The translations under genes and the position numbers were made by a program. A DNA stretch of 63,583 bases, filler included, from Ministeria vibrans ATCC 50519 (Eukaryota; Protista; Filasterea), in assembly GCA_943704425.1 (NCBI GenBank). It is 7 parts of 7 records of this genome, joined end to end, with 100 filler letters (N's around TTAATTAATTAA, not from the genome) between each part and the next. Parts side by side here need not be neighbours in the genome. Positions count along the whole stretch, not along the records: positions 53,633 to 60,250 come from CALSCP010001799.1; positions 60,351 to 62,158 come from CALSCP010001239.1; positions 62,259 to 63,583 come from CALSCP010001145.1; 4 more parts are not named here. The stretch is one strand, 5' to 3'. Under the pieces are notes generated by a model, which was given only the letters and a program-made list of their open reading frames with translations, did not search any database and was not told the origin of the DNA. Position 1 is the stretch's first letter; every line of letters starts with the position of its first letter. This document shows, one piece after another, positions 55,926 through 63,583 of the stretch.

Positions 55926-56483
55926 TCTACGCAGAGAGCACAAGAAGATTGGGGTCAGGAAAGTAAAAGGGTGTGCCACAAATTGAGGGTGAAGAGACAA
56001 AACAACCCTCAAACATGAAACGGAAATGAGACCAGATTTCGTCTCACACCACCACGAAACAGTCCCACAACACAAAAAATTACTTCATAATAGTGCCTGT
56101 ACGACGAGTGTGTCGTTCAGATAGTGGACATAAGGAAGGAAAGGACGTTTTGGTTCGTTTTTTTTTTTCTCGCTTCTCACCAAAAATACAACGGGTCTTA
56201 GATCAGTCAAATGGTGAAAATAGTCTTGGTAGCTAATAGTGGCACGATGAGTATAACCAGCGTAAGAAAAAATAAAGACCGAAGACGTGAAAAAATTACT
56301 CAAAAGTAATTGAGCCTGAATTAAACGAATAAATAGAAACGAAAGAATACTTTCCAGTATGGCATACACCGTGATGCGATCTCTTTCTTCATTGACGCTT
56401 AAAGTGTCTTCGCCCTTGTCAATTGCATCATCCATCATAAAAAAAAAAAAAAAAACAAACAAACCACCGTCTCATATATATTT

Positions 56484-59368
56484 TTACAACATTCTCCCGC
56501 GCCGAAAGTCCCTCTCGCCCCCACCGCTGGCACCCTCGGGATTCTGCGTCGCACGCGCCACCTCGGCATTGTCAAGCGAATGAAACTCGTTGAAGTCGAG
56601 ACGCACCGCCAACAGACGCATATTGGGGTCGGCATGCGTCGTCAGCTGTACCAAGAAACGCGACACGAGCGACCGGTAGTTGTGCTGGATCACATCAATT
56701 TGCTGCAACTGCGCACGCACCGTCTCCTTCATGAGCACACTCTCGCGCTCGGCGGCCGCATCACTTTCAGCCTGCGTCACCCCCCATGCACCCGCCAGAG
56801 TGCGCTCATACGCTCTCCCTTGCTGCGCCCGTTGCTCACTCACCACTTCAAGGCCTGCCGAAAACAGAGCATCCTACGAAAACAATATAAAAAAAACAGT
56901 TCAGGAATACCCCTCCCCCTCATGTTTCATATAAGTTTTTTCCGTCGCACCTGGCGTTCGCGAAAGGCGGAGATAAAGGAGAAGATGGAACGGACGTTGG
57001 CGTGCATGTCGCGCGAGGACTCACCGAGAAGCGCCCGTTCGCACACGGACTCGAGGAAGCGCGTGTGTGCCGCAATGGCTTCGTCAAGGTCGCGTGCAGC
57101 AGCAATTTGACGGAGGAGGGAGGCAAAGGCGCACTCGAGGACCTCACACACAATGTAGTATTGGAAGTTGTTGATAAAGTGAAGCATTTCGGCGACGATG
57201 ATGCTGCAGTGGTTGAGGGCCGGGCGCATGGAGGGCAGTGCGCGACCAATGACACGATGGTGGGAGGCAAGGGACTTCCAGACAGACGAGAGGCAGTATT
57301 CCATACGCTTAAGACGCCAGAGAAAGTTGAAGATGCGCAGGTATTGCGTCATGGCGGGTGGGGAGAGGATGGCATTGATGGGCGCGTCAACGTGGTAGTC
57401 CAAGGTGAACACATCCCAGCCCTGATCGAGCGGGGAGGACTCGAGCAGACGTACGTCAAGACGCGCAATGATGTCGGGTTCTTCGTACTGCGCCATGGTG
57501 GCGCGTACGGCACCTTCGAGGGCCGCCGTGAGATTGTGCAGGTAGAGATTTTCGGCGGGTTTCGACAGGTCGTCGTTGAGCACGTCCATGAGATGCTGGT
57601 GGAAGTCCCCCTGGCCAATGAGCAGGTAGCGACGCAGCGCACCCAGATGCTCGACCAGTTTGAAGCGATTGCGTAGGATGTCCAGGAGACGAGTGGAGGT
57701 GGCACGGTAGGCTGTTTCAATGGCGGCCAAGAGTGCCGTGGACGAATGTGAAGTAGTAGAAGCAGTCGAAGTGCCTGTGACCACTTGACTTGACTGTAGT
57801 TCGGTGTTGAGGGCAATCTCGTCGTCGAGCAGGTCTTCGGTGCGATCAAAGTAGTTGCCAGTGCTCTCGCGGATGGTGGCCGCGTCAAAAATGTCGGCAC
57901 GGTCGTTACAGACGTGACGGATGAAATCGATCGATTTGCCAATGAGAAGAATCTTACTGGCAAGCTTACGACTCACAAAGGAGGGAATCATCTCTTCGCG
58001 CAGCGTGTACTTGGTCGTCCACCAATCATCGACAGAGACGTCCGCAGCACACGCGACGAAGAACTCGGCAAAGCGGTCGTCCAGCTCACCGGCAAACACC
58101 CAGCGACGCACCATGGCGTAGATGGGACGCGCCACTTGCTTAAGAATGTGGACGACAGCCGCACGTACGGCGGGATCGCCGTGCTTGGCGTACGCGTGCA
58201 CTGCGGTTGCTAGTGCGCCGCCGCGTGTGTTGCCCACCTGGTCAACAAGTGCGGCAAGCACACGCAGACGCAACAGGGGCTGTTGTGTCCACACAATAAG
58301 GCGACGTAGAGTCAGTTGAGCTGCAGGTGGAGCGGGTGTATCACCGTCGTGTGCGTGAGCTTGCTCTGCTGCAGGCGCTGTGTTGACGTGTCCTTCGAGG
58401 ACCGCCACGAGACGGTAGTATTCGCCAAGCTCGTGTTGGAGGGCGGCACAAAACGCCTGGCCTACCAGACCCAGTGGCTCGTCGCCGCCGTTGTCGTCGA
58501 TAAAGGTACTGATGCGACGATAGAGCCAGCCCAGTTCGGCAAGTCGCCCGACTAGATCACGGACGGGGGGCGCGACAGAGACGGTGCGGACCACGACAAA
58601 TGCATCGACAGCCTCGTCGAAACGCACATAGCGACCGTCGATGCCTTGCATGACAAAGACGAGGTCGCGCAAGAGCAGCTGCTCGGAAATCTCTTGGAGA
58701 CTGTTCGTTCCATTTGGGGTACCTTGGGCGCGGTACGAGGCGAGGAGCGCACGTCGGCGTGCGAGTTCGGGAGCACTGGCTGTCAAGTGCGGACCCTGAC
58801 CGCCAATGGAGAGTGCCGAGACGAGTGTTGGTCCAGCACACACGGCGGCCGGGGGCGGGGCAAGTGCTGCTGTGTGCTGGAGTCGGTTGGAGGCGGACGA
58901 GGGCTGTGCTGCGGGGCTGGAGGGCTCACACTGACGACGGTTGCGGACGGTTGACGGTTGACGGGGCGAATTTCGCAGAGCCACCATCAACGCAAGCGGC
59001 CCATGCTTGTTGCGCGGCAGCGGGTAGGCTGACAGCCGACGAAAGAGCTCGGCAAAGCGCAAGGCGTCGTCGTCACGACCCGACTTGAGAGAGAAGAGAG
59101 AAGAGAGAGAGAGAGAGAGGCATAAAAGAAAAAAGAAAAATCAAAATTCGCGCGCGAACGAAAAGAAGACATTTGGAGAGGTCGAAGGGACACCGCTCTC
59201 ACATACCTGTTCTAATCTTCGCTTGGCACACTCAACGGCATGGAGGGCGTCCTGCGTTTCGCTCTCGGGGATGGCACTTCCAAGAATTCGCATTGCCAAC
59301 GACAGCGTCTGCGCGGACGGCGAGCCGAGGCGCGCGCACAGTGCGCCGACAGTGTCCTCGATGCGCAT
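56484..59368 (-). CDS. TUBGCP3: Gamma-tubulin complex component 3
   Basis: LLRDLVFVMQGIDG, LAELGWL, GLVGQAFCAALQHELGEYYRL, LTLRRL.VW, ALRRYLLIGQGDF, GWDVFTLDY, YLRIFNFLWR.KRME, RLDFNEF. Confidence 0.95.
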
Positions 59369-59924
59369 GGTGGTACGGTGCAGACGAATAGTAACTGAAT
59401 GAATGATCAGAATGAGACTTCAGACTTAATGAGTTCACTGAGTTGAATACGAATCAATAGAGTTTGTGGAATGTTGCTGTCTTTGAATGAAGGTGCAATG
59501 GTGCATTTATGCCATGCGATTGTAATGATGATGTGAGTGTGATGTTTGTTGCCTTGTCACAGGCTCACAGCCTTAATACATGATTAATAAGAAAGAAGTC
59601 AAGAAGAAGAAGAAGACATTTCCAAAAATCAATCAAAATTCACTTCCAAGATTTGAAATATGAGATTTCAGAATAAAAACTCAAAACTAAACTTTTTTTC
59701 TACAAAACGCATTTAGAGGCGCCAGGCTACTCCCTTAGGTCTGGGCACTACTTGATGACTGTCGTTAGTACTGTGAATGAGTGGAGGCAAGTCAGGCAAC
59801 CTTAATTTTCCAATGGGACAGAGAGAAACGTTTTAGTTTAATGATTAAGGTTGTAATCGATTACTTTTCACTTCAATGAGTTCAATCTTCATTTCTTTTT
59901 CTCTTCCTCCTTCAGTTGTGTTTC

Positions 59925-60146
59925 ATGTCTGATAGAAAGGCACAGGCGCACTACTTCCCGCCCGACTGGGACCCGTCCAAGGGCGGCCTCAACAAGTACC
60001 ATGGCCAGCATCACTTGCGCGAGCGCGCGCGAAAACTCGACCAGGGCATCCTTATTATCCGCTTTGAGCTGCCGTACAACATCTGGTGCGGTGGCTGTGA
60101 ACGTCACCTGGGCGTGGGTGTGCGTTTCAATGCCGAAAAGAAGAAG
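59925..60146 (+). CDS. YJU2B: Splicing factor YJU2B/CCDC130 (Saf4), first exon
   Basis: YFPPDWDP..GGLN...LRERARKL.QGILIIRFELPYNIWCGGC..H...GVRFNAEKKK. Confidence 0.92.
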
Positions 60147-60190
60147 GTACGAGTGTTATTGGGGGATGTTGTGCATCGTCGTTTTGACGA

Positions 60191-60250
<60 letters not shown>

Positions 60251-60629
60251 NNNNNNNNNNNNNNNNNNNNNNNNNNNNNNNNNNNNNNNNNNNNTTAATT
60301 AATTAANNNNNNNNNNNNNNNNNNNNNNNNNNNNNNNNNNNNNNNNNNNNTCTCCCATGTTACCTCTAGAGTTTCGGTCGAGTTTGCAAGGCGGTCTGGC
60401 TGTGTCTTCGCGTGGTGACTGTATCATTAATAAATGGGTTGTATTCTTCTTCTACTAATTTATTATTATTATATTTTTATAATTATAATTGCTATTGACT
60501 TTGCGACAGGAAAAAATGAAAACTGAACTGAAAAGTCTTGATTTGTTTTGTTTGAAATGTAAATTCAATTTTCACTCTCACAGTAGCATTCTCTCACAGA
60601 ACAACAGAAAAAAAAAACACAAGAGCGGA

Positions 60630-61769
<1,140 letters not shown>

Positions 61770-62258
61770 CTGCGGCATGGTGAGAATAGAGAGAGAGAGT
61801 GGGATGAGAAGGGAAAAAAAATGAAGGAAATGGAAATTCGGACGAAAAAAGTGAGTGACGCAAGTCAACAGTGGCCTTGAAATTGATCGCAATAGCAAAG
61901 GTGTGCTAAAGGAAGAGCATGTGACAAGCGAGCACGGCAAAAACAAGCCACAAAGAGCGGAACGGGAACGATGAAGGAAAAAAAAAAATCCCAGTGGGAA
62001 CACTTTCTTGGTTTAAACACTGTCGCAAACGACAACGAGGGAAATAAGGCAGGGCAGGGCAGCAGCGGTGCGGCGCGTCGTGGAGTCGCGCCACACGGGC
62101 GACGCTCCCTCAAGGGAGTAAAGCAATGCGAATGGCTTTTTTTTTTTTTTTTTTTTTTNNNNNNNNNNNNNNNNNNNNNNNNNNNNNNNNNNNNNNNNNN
62201 NNTTAATTAATTAANNNNNNNNNNNNNNNNNNNNNNNNNNNNNNNNNNNNNNNNNNNN

Positions 62259-62305
<47 letters not shown>

Positions 62306-62347
62306 GAGTGTGTGTGAGAGATAACAACTAGGCATGAAAATAATTAT

Positions 62348-62414
<67 letters not shown>

Positions 62415-62521
62415 TGTATGTGTGTGTGTATGTGTGTGTGTTTTTTTTTTAAATGATTGTAGGGGGGGGGAGGAGGACGTGAAAGAAACAAACAACAACT
62501 ATGTGACTTTTCTATTGCTAG

Positions 62522-63511
62522 GTGGCCCTCGTATAATGCTGGCGGCCGGTGGTGCTCTCGAACCCTTCTGGGCGATGTATGCGGCTCATAAGAAGCCTAA
62601 TGTGCTCGAGTTGCTAGCTCAGTATCGTATTGGGCGATTGTCGCCCGAAGATGCGCAAGCAAATGCCAGCCCCTCCGGCGACGATCCGTACGCCAACGAA
62701 CCGTTCCGTCACCCGGCGCTCATTGTCGTCAGCGACAAGCCTTTCAACGCCGAGACTCCTGCATCCCTCTTGACCGACCATGTGATTACGCCCAACGAGC
62801 TCTTTTTTGTTCGTAAGGCGGAAACGAATATTTTTGTATGTGTTGAAGTGTGTGCCTTCTCGAATAGGAAACCATTTGCCGGTGCCCGTAGTGGACGAGA
62901 AGACGTATCGGTTGACGGTGAGTGGCGAGGCGGCGTCGGGAATTAAGACGGTGGAGCTGTCTCTGGATGATTTGCGGACCAAGTTTGCACAGTACACGGT
63001 AACGTCGACGATTCAGTGTGCGGGAAACCGACGGGACGAGCAGAACAAAGTGAAGCAGGTGAAAGGATTGGAGTGGGGTGGAGGAGCAATTTCGAATGCT
63101 TCGTGGACGGGAGTGCGTCTGCGGGATGTGCTGCAGTACGCGGGGATGAAGGAGATTGCAACGGACGACGACGGTACGCAGGCTGCATCGTCACCGCACG
63201 CGCGCACCGTCGCTGACGGAGGTCCCGGCTGCGACACGTGCGGACGCCGCGACCCGCACGTCCACCACATACAGTTTGAAGGTCTTGACCGTGACTTTGA
63301 GCGCAACTATGGTGCATCGATCCCCGTCGAGAAAGCTATGGACCCGCGAGGGGATGTTCTGCTTGCGCTCGAGATGAATGGTGCGCCTATTCCGCGCGAT
63401 CATGGATTCCCTGTGCGAGCCATTGTGCCGGGTGTGGTGGGCGCGCGCAATGTCAAGTGGGTGTCACGCGTGCATGCCAGTGTCGAGGAAAGCCATTCGC
63501 ATTGGCAAAGG
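62522..63511 (+). CDS. SUOX: Sulfite oxidase (cytochrome b5 + Moco domain), internal fragment
   Basis: [59 protein letters not shown]. Confidence 0.95.
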
Positions 63512-63532
63512 GTAACACCACGATTAATACTA

Positions 63533-63583
<51 letters not shown>

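Noticed and set aside
62522-63511. Sulfur-metabolism cluster (SUOX, Cys2-like, PNPO)
   Set aside because: Genes lie on different assembly pieces; no linkage evidence.

Overview
Gene-dense, intron-rich genomic DNA of a unicellular eukaryote, most likely a holozoan/opisthokont protist (inferred from SH2/Cbl-type, SH3, Notch-type EGF, IP3 receptor and AAGAB content). GC-rich exons, short GT-AG introns with (CT)n, (CA)n, (AAT)n microsatellites. Six artificial 100-bp spacers (Ns around TTAATTAATTAA) split the window into seven pieces, so adjacency across them is unproven and several genes are truncated. Housekeeping genes: PGRMC/Dap1, eIF5, two SDRs, AAGAB, Cys2/MetX-like acyltransferase, TrpRS (3' part), SMC5 (3' part), DCAF11, IP3 receptor (part), PNPO, GCP3, CCDC130/YJU2B, Rab7, sulfite oxidase. 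Most interesting: (1) a WD40-ROC (Roco) gene with one symmetric phase-2 exon per WD40 repeat (four consecutive exons of exactly 126 nt); (2) a ~4,530-aa type I membrane protein with ~93 EGF repeats carrying bacterial-type domains inserted inside EGF loops and a PDZ-type tail; (3) a Ser/Thr kinase fused to a Cbl-like EF-hand/SH2 module and a PH-like domain, head-to-head with (4) a cytosolic IRE1/RNase L-type pseudokinase-KEN protein; (5) a possible MEI1/PRD1 homolog. All family calls are from motif recognition by eye and all exon models are manual; no database search was run.
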